Shown: in pieces, positions 1 through 6,783 of the stretch
Numbering within the stretch: position 1 is the first letter of the stretch
Layout: each line of letters begins with the position of its first letter
Position numbers and translations under genes: made by a program
DNA from: Archaeoglobus fulgidus DSM 4304
Lineage (GTDB): Archaea; Halobacteriota; Archaeoglobi; Archaeoglobales; Archaeoglobaceae
Direction: 5' to 3'
DNA: 32,000 bases
Assembly (NCBI RefSeq): GCF_000008665.1
Contig: NC_000917.1
Span: 1,320,001-1,352,000, forward strand
The notes under the pieces: model-generated
The model's input: the letters and a program-made list of their open reading frames with translations, nothing else
What the model was told of the DNA's origin: nothing
The model's database searches: none

Positions 1-265
1 GAGGGGAGTTGTGGAGCACACCGCAAAAACAAAAAGAACGCTTAAAGACGAGCAGGAATACATAGTTTCGGCAATCTCGAACGTTGGTAACGTAATAGCC
101 AGAAATCTTCTGGATTACTTCCAGACGATAGAGAACATTGCAACGGCAGACGAGGAGGAGCTGGCGAAGGTGCCGAAGGTTGGGAAGAAAATTGCAAAGA
201 GGATAAGGCGTGTTATGACCACACCCTACAGTGAGGCGGGTTTTTACGATAGCGAAAGCTTTTAA
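1..265 (+). CDS. 3' end of an XPF/Hef-type (ERCC4 family) nuclease, consisting of the C-terminal tandem helix-hairpin-helix domain. The gene is open to the window edge.
   Basis: The frame is open from nt 2. VGNVIARNLLDYFQTIENIATADEEELAKVPKVGKKIAKRIRRV reads as two HhH motifs, as found at the C-termini of archaeal XPF/Hef. The stop is at 263-265. Confidence 0.55.
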   Translation, partial: RGVVEHTAKTKRTLKDEQEYIVSAISNVGNVIARNLLDYFQTIENIATADEEELAKVPKVGKKIAKRIRRVMTTPYSEAGFYDSESF

Positions 266-291
266 TTCACTTTTTGGTTAAAGCATTTCAG

Positions 292-364
292 GCCACGGTA
301 GCTCAGCAGGAAGAGCGCGTGCTTGGTAAGCACGAGGTCCCGGGTTCAAATCCCGGCCGTGGCT
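292..364 (+). tRNA. tRNA-Thr (anticodon GGU)
   Basis: Canonical 73-nt cloverleaf read by hand: acceptor GCCACGG/CCGTGGC, D stem GCTC/GAGC, anticodon stem CGTGC/GCACG with loop TTGGTAA, T arm CCGGG-TTCAAAT-CCCGG, discriminator T. A T-rich tract follows. No CCA is encoded. Confidence 0.9.
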
Positions 365-425
365 TGCTTTATTTTCAGTTCGCTGGATTTATCTCTCAGG
401 CAGGATAAACCTGCTTTAAAGCCTA

Positions 426-698
426 TCAAAGCCCGAACTCCTCTATGAACTCCCTTATCTTCTGATACTTCTCCAGAAACCTGAAGCCTTTATCGGTGAG
501 GGAGTAATACCTCCTCCCGCTTTCGTCCTGAATCTCCCTGACAAGCCCTTTCTTAACCAATTCGTCCATGTAGCGGTTGAAGTTCTGCGTTGAGAGGTTT
601 GAGAATCGCAGCAAAGGTGTAGGGAGGATGGAGTTGCCGTGCTTCCTTATGATTGAGAGAATGTCGTATATGATTTCCAGCCTGTCTCTCCTCGTCAT
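426..698 (-). CDS. Small winged-helix DNA-binding protein, a putative transcriptional regulator of COG3432/HTH_45-like type.
   Basis: 90 aa. The pattern LSIIRKHGN..TPLLRFSNLSTQNFNRYMDELVKKGLVREI....RRYYSLTDKGFRFLEKY is a helix-turn-helix plus beta-wing. The start lies 9 nt after the stop of the upstream 7-TM gene, so the two are probably co-transcribed. Confidence 0.65.
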   Translation of the reverse strand: MTRRDRLEIIYDILSIIRKHGNSILPTPLLRFSNLSTQNFNRYMDELVKKGLVREIQDESGRRYYSLTDKGFRFLEKYQKIREFIEEFGL

Positions 699-707
699 TT
701 GACCACC

Positions 708-1391
708 TCAGAGCTTTCTGAGCACTCTGTATGCGATTATGAGGATTACCGCAACTGAGAGAGTGTAGATGGCAAATCTGAACTCCAATGGCAGGAATCT
801 GAAGGTCAGGGAGATGTTGAGCAGCCAGAAGACGAAAAGCAGGATGTAGAGGGGATAAGCTCTCTTCGACCTGCTCTCATGTCGGAAATGGCTGTAATTA
901 ACGAATATCGCAGCAACAAGCAGGAAAACAAGCGCAAGCTGTGAAATCAGGAAGACGAGGGGCATCCTTGAAAGGAGCGAAGTCAGGGCGATGACCAGAG
1001 CAACTCCGTTTATCACAACCTCGCCCGGAAACCTCTCCAGCCACCTCCAGAGAAGGCTGTAAATTGTGTAAAGGATGGCAGCTGATCCTGAGTAAGCGAG
1101 AAAGGCCATGCTGAAGGCCATAATCCCCCTCAATCCTTCCAGACTGATTTCCTCAAACATTACTCCCGATGCGGAGAGCAGGAGAACAACGAATCTCAGG
1201 AAGTAGGCGAGGCCGAGGAAGAGGAAGGTGTTCGAGAAGAAATGGAATCCCCTATAGTCGGAAAGCTTGTAAACCTCCCTCAGCCTGTGGTAAATCAAAA
1301 AGCAGATTAGGAAAATTATCGAGGAGTAGAGGGCTTCAGCTGCGATGAACTCCAGCGGTGGTAGCTTGGGTGGTATCATCGGTGGTGGCAT
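708..1391 (-). CDS. Integral membrane protein of unknown function, about 7 predicted TM helices.
   Basis: 227 aa with seven hydrophobic 18-25 aa stretches separated by short charged loops. I recognise no catalytic motif. It is the first gene of a two-gene minus-strand unit with the wHTH gene. Confidence 0.6.
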   Translation of the reverse strand: MPPPMIPPKLPPLEFIAAEALYSSIIFLICFLIYHRLREVYKLSDYRGFHFFSNTFLFLGLAYFLRFVVLLLSASGVMFEEISLEGLRGIMAFSMAFLAYSGSAAILYTIYSLLWRWLERFPGEVVINGVALVIALTSLLSRMPLVFLISQLALVFLLVAAIFVNYSHFRHESRSKRAYPLYILLFVFWLLNISLTFRFLPLEFRFAIYTLSVAVILIIAYRVLRKL

Positions 1392-1412
1392 GAGCCCAAT
1401 TAGACGGGGAAG

Positions 1413-1420
1413 TTTATAAA
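1413..1420 (-). promoter_or_regulatory. Palindromic TATA box (TTTATAAA) for the minus-strand 7-TM/wHTH unit, probably giving a leaderless or very short-leader mRNA.
   Basis: TTTATAAA lies 21 nt from ATG 1391 on the minus strand, a spacing typical of archaeal leaderless transcripts. Confidence 0.4.
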
Positions 1421-1423
1421 GAG

Positions 1424-1468
1424 AATGGACTTTTGATGCACATTTTCCTTTCTTCCCGCTTTTATAGC
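1424..1468 (+). promoter_or_regulatory. Copy 1 of the conserved box AATGGAC-N5-ATGCACAT, followed by a pyrimidine-rich spacer and a TTTATA box. Promoter of the ferredoxin operon.
   Basis: AATGGAC (1424-1430) and nt 1435-1468 (34 nt) match 4124-4130 and 4135-4168 exactly; only the four spacer bases 1431-1434 differ. TTTATA is at 1461-1466. TTAGGAGGTGAT lies 7 nt before GTG 1503. Confidence 0.6.
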
Positions 1469-1478
1469 ACCTCAGCGA

Positions 1479-1712
1479 TTGCGGTTAGGAGGTGATTCAG
1501 AAGTGGTCGTGGAGCAGATAAGCGGATGCATTGGTTGCGGGACATGTGTTGAAGTGTGCCCTACCGATGTTTTCCGGCTTGAAGGTGGGAGGGCAGTAAT
1601 CAAGTATCCCGAAGACTGTCAGATTTGCCACCTATGCCGGCTTTACTGTCCGGTGGATGCAATCACAATCTCGCCAGAGAAGTCACTTCCTGTAATCGTT
1701 GCGTGGGGATGA
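1479..1712 (+). CDS. 2x[4Fe-4S] ferredoxin.
   Basis: Two CxxCxxCxxxCP motifs (CIGCGTCVEVCP and CQICHLCRLYCP). The track start at 1479 is TTG. GTG at 1503, preceded by AGGAGGTGA, is the more likely start (about 69 aa). Confidence 0.85.
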   Translation: MRLGGDSEVVVEQISGCIGCGTCVEVCPTDVFRLEGGRAVIKYPEDCQICHLCRLYCPVDAITISPEKSLPVIVAWG

Positions 1713-1767
1713 TTTATGAAAGAGCTTTTGAAAAAATACGGTTTCCTCTGGAAGAGCCTCCTGTTCG

Positions 1768-1782
1768 TTTTTTTTTTTTTTT
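1768..1782. repeat. T15 homopolymer tract between or within the ferredoxin-operon genes.
   Basis: I counted 15 consecutive T directly in the sequence. The tract separates two reading frames that would fuse with T14. Confidence 0.95.
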
Positions 1783-1848
1783 GCGGTAACAATTTACTCG
1801 CTTGACGGTTTTCCAAGGCGGACTGCGTTAAAGGAGGCTATCTCCTTT

Positions 1849-2400
1849 ATGACCGTTCTCTCCTTCACACTGATGGTCAACCAGTTTTACCTCACGAGGG
1901 GCTTTAGGCTAATCGAAGGGAAGGGAAGGATGAGCTACATCGTAAAAGCGCACAGGTTGTTCGGATACATCTCAGTCGGCTTTCTGCTATTCCATCCTCT
2001 TCTTGAGGTTCTTCCGAGGCAGTTTGAAGGAAGCATACAGCCATTCGATGCTTTCTGGAAAATAATCACCACAGACAATTCGGCCATACTGCTGGGAATC
2101 GCTGGATGGGCTGTCATGCTAACGCTGGCAGTAACATCAGTTTTGCGAAAAAGGCTTTTCAAAAATTACAGGAAATGGAGGACGTTTCACGGTATTCTCG
2201 CTGTTGTCTTGATTACAGTGGTGGGATACCACGTTTTGGTTCTGGGGAGGCACTCAAGTCTGGCTATGAAGGCGTTCTATGCCGTTTTGCTGGCTGGAGG
2301 TTATGTGACGATGATTAAAACCTATGTTTTTGACTTAAGGAGGGAAGAGAAATGGAAGAATCGAGGTTTAAAATTAGCAGAAGACAGTTCCTCGCCTTAG
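1849..2400 (+). CDS. Ferric-reductase-like (NOX/FRE/MsrQ-type) di-heme b membrane protein. As written, the N-terminal helices may be cut off by a frameshift.
   Basis: There are two H-x13-H pairs inside TM helices (AHRLFGYISVGFLLFHP and FHGILAVVLITVVGYHV), the bis-heme ligand pattern of ferric reductase domains. AGGAGG lies 11 nt upstream of ATG 1849. The upstream ORF 1716-1805 (MKELLKKYGFLWKSLLFVFFFF..) joins this frame if the T15 run were T14. Confidence 0.7.
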   Translation: MTVLSFTLMVNQFYLTRGFRLIEGKGRMSYIVKAHRLFGYISVGFLLFHPLLEVLPRQFEGSIQPFDAFWKIITTDNSAILLGIAGWAVMLTLAVTSVLRKRLFKNYRKWRTFHGILAVVLITVVGYHVLVLGRHSSLAMKAFYAVLLAGGYVTMIKTYVFDLRREEKWKNRGLKLAEDSSSP

Positions 2401-4079
2401 CGGGAGCTGCGGGGGTTGCTGCTTTGGGCGTCAGATTCTTTGCTGGTAATGAGCCATATGTTGAAAGAGATTATACCATTGACTCGGATAAGTTCAGGGA
2501 GGAGTTCATCACAACCGACGTGCTTGTGGTTGGAGGGGGAATGGCAGGGCTGTTTTCTGCGGTGAAAGCTCATGATGCAGGTGCGAAGGTTCTGATGGTC
2601 TCCAAGGGGCGATTGGGATGTTCGGGTCAGACGCCTTTTGCAAAGGGCTTCTTTGTGTTTGACTCAAAGACAAGCCCAGTCTCTCTTGACGAGTTCGTGG
2701 AGCTTGTGTCTCAATCCGCTCTTGGGTCTAACAACAGGGCATACACGAGACAGCTTGCCATGTATTCGAAGGACAGGGCTGAAGAGCTGAGGAAGTGGGG
2801 ATTCTTCGACTCCTCCCTTTACCACGAGCCTTTCCGCAGACCTATCGACGAGAGGGGGATCAGAGTCATGGAGAGAATTATGATTACGCATCTGATAAGG
2901 GAGAATGGAGTTATTGCAGGTGCAGCTGGCTTCAGCCTTGATGAGGAGAAGTTGTACTTTTTCAACGCCAAAAGCGTCGTTCTCTGCACCGGTGCAGGGG
3001 GATTCAAGCCTTACGGCTTCCCCATCCGGGATTTGACGCACGATGGAAGTGTCATGGCCTACGAGATTGGTGCGAGAATAACAGGCAAGGAGTGGAACGA
3101 CGGCCACACCACGAGTTCACAGTATCCCGCAGCCTGCTACGACAGCTGGCACGGGATATTCGAGAACAAGCCCTCAATTACGGGCGTTGAGATTCACCAC
3201 GATTTGGGAGTGGAGCTGAATTATGCTACCTACATAAGAGGCGGTCCGGTATCGATGGGGGGACAGATGGCAGAGGTGTCGGGTGGCCCATACGTTCCTG
3301 AGGAGTTTCGCAGGGCAGCGCCATCCGAAGGTCGAACGCAGGGGCCACCAGAAAGAGGTGAACGTCCACCACCAGGAGGAGGCGGTTATGTCGTCGGAGG
3401 AGCCTCTGCGGGAATGTCCATACACAAGTCTGAGGGGCTGGTGCCTATCAACGACAGATGTGCCACCGACATTCCGGGCCTTTACGCTGCCGGCGACGCT
3501 CTCGGATCCCACATGTCAGGTGGGATTTACACGCAAATCGGATCGTCCTTAGCGGGTTCAGCAGTTCAGGGGGCGATTGCGGGGGAGGAGGCTGCAAACT
3601 ACGCCAAGGACATAGACCTCCAGAGCATTCCCGAATCCACGGTTAGCAGGATAAGGGAGGAGATTCTTGCCCCTCTAAACAGGGATTCCGGCTACAGCCC
3701 GGCGTGGGTAACTCAGGTTTTGCAGGGAGTTATGGTTCCCAACTTCGTGCTCTACATCAAGAAAGCCAGCATACTCAGCGCTGCGTTGGCATACGTAGAG
3801 GAGCTTAGAGACCATCACGTTCCGATGCTCGTGGCAAGAGACCTGCACGAGCTGCGTTTAGCCCATGAAACCAAGAATATGATAGTGAATGCAGAAATGA
3901 AGCTGAGAGCATCACTTTTCAGGGAGGAAAGCCGTTTGAGCCACTACCGCCTTGACTATCCGGAAATTGACGATGAAAACTGGAGCGTTTGGGTTAACAT
4001 CTACAAGGGTTCTGACGGCAAAATGAAGCTGGAGAAACAGCCCTTTGGCTACTGGCCGAATGGGGACCCCATTGAGTGA
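2352..4079 (+). CDS. Tat-exported FAD-dependent oxidoreductase of the FrdA/SdhA/AprA flavoprotein superfamily.
   Basis: A twin-arginine signal (SRRQFLALAGAAGVAALG), the dinucleotide-binding fold DVLVVGGGMAGLFSAVKAHDAGAKVLMVSKG, and the C-terminal ESRLSHYRLDYPEIDDENW typical of this superfamily. AAGGAGGGA serves as the SD. The gene overlaps the upstream gene by 49 nt. Confidence 0.75.
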   Translation: MEESRFKISRRQFLALAGAAGVAALGVRFFAGNEPYVERDYTIDSDKFREEFITTDVLVVGGGMAGLFSAVKAHDAGAKVLMVSKGRLGCSGQTPFAKGFFVFDSKTSPVSLDEFVELVSQSALGSNNRAYTRQLAMYSKDRAEELRKWGFFDSSLYHEPFRRPIDERGIRVMERIMITHLIRENGVIAGAAGFSLDEEKLYFFNAKSVVLCTGAGGFKPYGFPIRDLTHDGSVMAYEIGARITGKEWNDGHTTSSQYPAACYDSWHGIFENKPSITGVEIHHDLGVELNYATYIRGGPVSMGGQMAEVSGGPYVPEEFRRAAPSEGRTQGPPERGERPPPGGGGYVVGGASAGMSIHKSEGLVPINDRCATDIPGLYAAGDALGSHMSGGIYTQIGSSLAGSAVQGAIAGEEAANYAKDIDLQSIPESTVSRIREEILAPLNRDSGYSPAWVTQVLQGVMVPNFVLYIKKASILSAALAYVEELRDHHVPMLVARDLHELRLAHETKNMIVNAEMKLRASLFREESRLSHYRLDYPEIDDENWSVWVNIYKGSDGKMKLEKQPFGYWPNGDPIE

Positions 4080-4123
4080 TTTTTCCATTTTTGCCGATTT
4101 CAGCTTTATCTCAACACCCAATA

Positions 4124-4168
4124 AATGGACAAAAGATGCACATTTTCCTTTCTTCCCGCTTTTATAGC
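4124..4168 (+). promoter_or_regulatory. Copy 2 of the conserved box plus TTTATA box. Promoter of the secreted-protein pair.
   Basis: AATGGAC-AAAAG-ATGCACATTTTCCTTTCTTCCCGCTTTTATAGC. TTTATA is at 4161-4166 and TAAGGAGGTGAT precedes ATG 4209. Confidence 0.6.
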
Positions 4169-4208
4169 CTGATTTCCTACAAATTATAGAGATTAAGGAG
4201 GTGATGGA

Positions 4209-4727
4209 ATGAGGAAAGTGCTGGCGGCGTTGCTGGCTCTGGTAGTGGTTGGGGTTGTTGCAGTATCTGCCCAAGGCTTTCATCCGGCAGTGCCAAAGCT
4301 GGAAATAAACGAGAGCAACTTTGAGGACGTGAAGGCGAAGATTCTGAGCCACCTTGAAGAGAGAGTAGAGGACCTGCAGAAGCTGAAGGAGGACGTTGAA
4401 AATGCAAATTCAGCTGATGAGCTGAAGAGCGTTATGGAGGAGCATGCTTTGAGCAGGGCGAAGGACATGACGCTTAGAAAAATTGACAGGGCTATTGAGA
4501 GGCTGGAGAGCAGCGGAAACAGTGATGCGGTAAGCGAGCTTGAATCGCTCAAGGAGAAGGTAAGCGGTGCTTCGAGCATGGAAGAGCTGAGACAAATCAT
4601 GGAGGAGTTCAGGGGAATAATGGAGGATGCTGGATTCATGAATGATGGAATGCCTCCGAAGATGCCGTGCGGTGGGATGCCTGAGGATGGGCCAAGAATG
4701 CCTAACGCAAACTCTGCAAATGCCTAA
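4209..4727 (+). CDS. Secreted alpha-helical protein of unknown function with a Met/Pro-rich C-terminal tail (paralog A).
   Basis: Sec-type signal MRKVLAALLALVVVGVVAVSAQG. Charged helical repeats (ADELKSVMEEH and SMEELRQIMEEFR). Tail GMPPKMPCGGMPEDGPRMP. Confidence 0.7.
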   Translation: MRKVLAALLALVVVGVVAVSAQGFHPAVPKLEINESNFEDVKAKILSHLEERVEDLQKLKEDVENANSADELKSVMEEHALSRAKDMTLRKIDRAIERLESSGNSDAVSELESLKEKVSGASSMEELRQIMEEFRGIMEDAGFMNDGMPPKMPCGGMPEDGPRMPNANSANA

Positions 4728-4731
4728 CAAC

Positions 4732-4746
4732 TTTTTTTATTTTTTT
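4732..4746 (+). terminator. Oligo-T tracts (T7-A-T7) between the two paralogs, a possible archaeal intrinsic terminator or attenuator.
   Basis: TTTTTTTATTTTTTT lies directly after the stop at 4725-4727. Archaeal RNAP terminates at oligo-T runs. Confidence 0.4.
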
Positions 4747-4760
4747 GAGGTGAAAATGAA

Positions 4761-5210
4761 ATGCCGGCAAGGAAACTGACCTTCATTTTAATAATAATGC
4801 TCTCTGGCGCAGCCATTCTTTCCGGATGCACTTCGCAAGGCGAGGACGTTAAACCTGAACCCAAGCCTGAGGTTGACGAAAAAGTGACAGTTCCGAATCC
4901 TGAAACCACATCAAACATCTCTGCACCAATGCCCCCTCTAAAGAACTCCACTTCTCCAGTACCCCCCGTAAACGACCTTGAAGGGGGCAAAGAGGCTCTC
5001 TTGGACATGATAAACCGAACCATTGACATGCTTGAGAGAGAAGGGGCAAGAAGTGACATAATTTCGGAACTCGAATCTCTGAAGGAGAAGGTAAGCAGCG
5101 CAACGAGCATGGAAGAGCTGAGAGAAATCATGGAGGAGTTCAGGGCGATACAGGACGATGCCGGAATCCCGAATCCTGAGATGCCCAAGAGCGCTCCCAG
5201 AGCGCCTTAA
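4761..5210 (+). CDS. Putative lipoprotein, paralog B of the preceding secreted protein.
   Basis: Signal peptide with a lipobox (AAILSGC), then a Pro/Thr-rich linker, then the shared block SELESLKEKVSSATSMEELREIMEEFRAIQDDAG. Confidence 0.7.
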   Translation: MPARKLTFILIIMLSGAAILSGCTSQGEDVKPEPKPEVDEKVTVPNPETTSNISAPMPPLKNSTSPVPPVNDLEGGKEALLDMINRTIDMLEREGARSDIISELESLKEKVSSATSMEELREIMEEFRAIQDDAGIPNPEMPKSAPRAP

Positions 5211-5266
5211 TTTTTCCGAATTCGGATGGAGAAGTTTTTAAACTCATTTTTTGAGGTGTCCCTGGG

Positions 5267-5849
5267 ATGAGGAGGGATTTTTTAAAGTGTATGGCTATCG
5301 GTGGGCTGACAGTCGCTGGAATGGGTTGTATCACGAGTCGGAGAGTTTTTGTTGCAGAAAAACCAGCTTTCCCGATTGTGGACACAAACCAGACAAAATG
5401 CAATTTTAAAGAAATTCCCTGCCCTGAACCCGGAGAGCCATTCTACGGGTAGGATGCGCAGTTTACAGTAAACCCGCCGGAATATGCTGATAACGGCGAT
5501 GGACGGTTACTGATAAAGCCACGGGTTTGATGTGGGTCAAGGATGACAGCGGCTACTGCATGAACTGGAAGGAGGCTCTGGAGCACGTTCAGAGGATGAA
5601 CGAGCAGAGCTATCTCGGCTACAGCGATTGTAGGCTCCAAATGCGAAGGAGCTACAATCAATTGTAGATTACACGAGGGCACTGGATGCAAGGGACCCCT
5701 CAAAGCGTGGTGCTGCGATAGACCCGATATTCAACGTGACTCCAATAATCAACGAGGGGGGCGATGTTTCCAGCTATCCGCACGCTCGTGGCCCGCAGGG
5801 GGATGTTGTAAGAATATGCAACTTCCTTAGGTTGGTTAGGGATACTTGA
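5267..5849 (+). pseudogene. Decayed gene for a Tat-signal DUF1566 (Lcl C-terminal domain-like) secreted protein.
   Basis: MRRDFLKCMAIGGLTVAG is a Tat signal. PIVDTNQTKC...CPEPGEPFYG is followed by an in-frame TAG where family members have Q (FYGQDAQ). The sequence then continues across two 1-nt frameshifts (near 5501-5506 and 5636-5640) as DAQFTVNPPEYADNGDG / TVTDKATGLMWVKDDSGYCMNWKEALEHV..YLGYSDCRL / PNAKELQSIVDYTRA...GPQGDVVRICNFLRLVRD. The family match is from memory of the DUF1566 consensus. Confidence 0.6.
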
Positions 5850-5936
5850 GTTTACGGTCAGCAGTTTTTCCCATCGACATAAGAGTACGGATAAAGGTTT
5901 AGGAGTCATCAACCTAAAATTACCTGGTGAAAGTTC

Positions 5937-6704
5937 ATGAGGAAATCAGCCTATGAAAAATACCTGAAAAAACCGCTAACACCATTGCCGTGGGAACATC
6001 GACTGATACTGGAGAAAGGAGAAGATATCCCTTTAGAAGGAGTTTTTAGCTTCTTGGAAAAGGACAAACTGCTCGATGAGGGCTATCTGCCCTACGAGAA
6101 CGGCTTCCACCACTTCCCTGACGGCAGAGCTTACGTCGCCTGTCTGACGAAGATGCCGAAGGTTAGTGCAGAGATGATTTACTGGTGGTTCAGGTGGCAT
6201 TCTGAAGATGCAATTCGCTACCAGATATGGTATCCCGGCAAACATTTTGACGTTAGAACAGATGAGACCGGCTCCACTCACTACGTAACGGAAGACGTCG
6301 GCACGGGAAAGCAAAGAATTGTCATCAGGTTCATGACTCCTGCAGAGTTCGGATTCAGCGAGGAAAAGCTTGAAATGATTGATCTGAAGAGAAATGCCAT
6401 TATATGCGCCAGAGTCGGGGCAGAGATTCCCGGACATGCAGTGTGGCACACCTGGATGTGTCACTGCGCCAGAGAGGCTGAGAAAGGAGTTGAGCTGAGG
6501 AGTAGGTTCTGGATCGGGGAAGAGATAGAGGTTAGCGGCCCTCTCACCTCGATCCTAACAAGATTGCTCAATATACTGTCAGTGAAGAAAAGAATGATTC
6601 CCGGAAATATTGGAAAGCACATGTTCCATCACTGCTCTCAGGAGTATCACAATCTGGCAGAGATTTTGCCTGAGGTTTATGAGGAATTCGGAGGTATGAG
6701 CTGA
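5937..6704 (+). CDS. Conserved hypothetical protein, rich in His/Cys/Trp. It may be a metal-dependent hydrolase (a faint resemblance to the DAPG/phloretin hydrolase family, not verified).
   Basis: A 255-aa ORF with a GGTGA SD. Motifs MIYWWFRWHSEDAIRYQIWYPGKH, HAVWHTWMCHC and HMFHHCSQEYHNL. The function call rests on weak recollection only. Confidence 0.5.
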   Translation: MRKSAYEKYLKKPLTPLPWEHRLILEKGEDIPLEGVFSFLEKDKLLDEGYLPYENGFHHFPDGRAYVACLTKMPKVSAEMIYWWFRWHSEDAIRYQIWYPGKHFDVRTDETGSTHYVTEDVGTGKQRIVIRFMTPAEFGFSEEKLEMIDLKRNAIICARVGAEIPGHAVWHTWMCHCAREAEKGVELRSRFWIGEEIEVSGPLTSILTRLLNILSVKKRMIPGNIGKHMFHHCSQEYHNLAEILPEVYEEFGGMS

Positions 6705-6710
6705 GTGCAG

Positions 6711-6751
6711 ATGGACAAAAGATGCACATTTTCTTTTCCTCTTTCTTAAAT
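6711..6751 (+). promoter_or_regulatory. Copy 3 of the conserved box with a TATA-like CTTAAAT. Promoter of the minimal histidine kinase gene.
   Basis: ATGGAC-AAAAG-ATGCACATTTTCTTTTCCTCTTTCTTAAAT, starting 7 nt after the stop of the upstream gene. ATG 6784 lies 33 nt after the TATA-like box. Confidence 0.5.
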
Positions 6752-6783
6752 GCCCTTGAACCCTTTGTTGGTTGGTGAGTGAA

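Noticed and set aside
1768-1782. The T15 run read simply as the intrinsic terminator of the ferredoxin gene, with ORF 1716-1805 being spurious.
   Set aside because: I have not fully rejected this and keep it as the alternative reading, because ATG 1849 has its own AGGAGG. A pure-terminator reading does not explain two points. The 1716 ORF starts 4 nt after the ferredoxin stop, and with one T fewer it supplies exactly the missing TM helices of a 6-TM ferric-reductase fold. I therefore report the frameshift interpretation as a finding.
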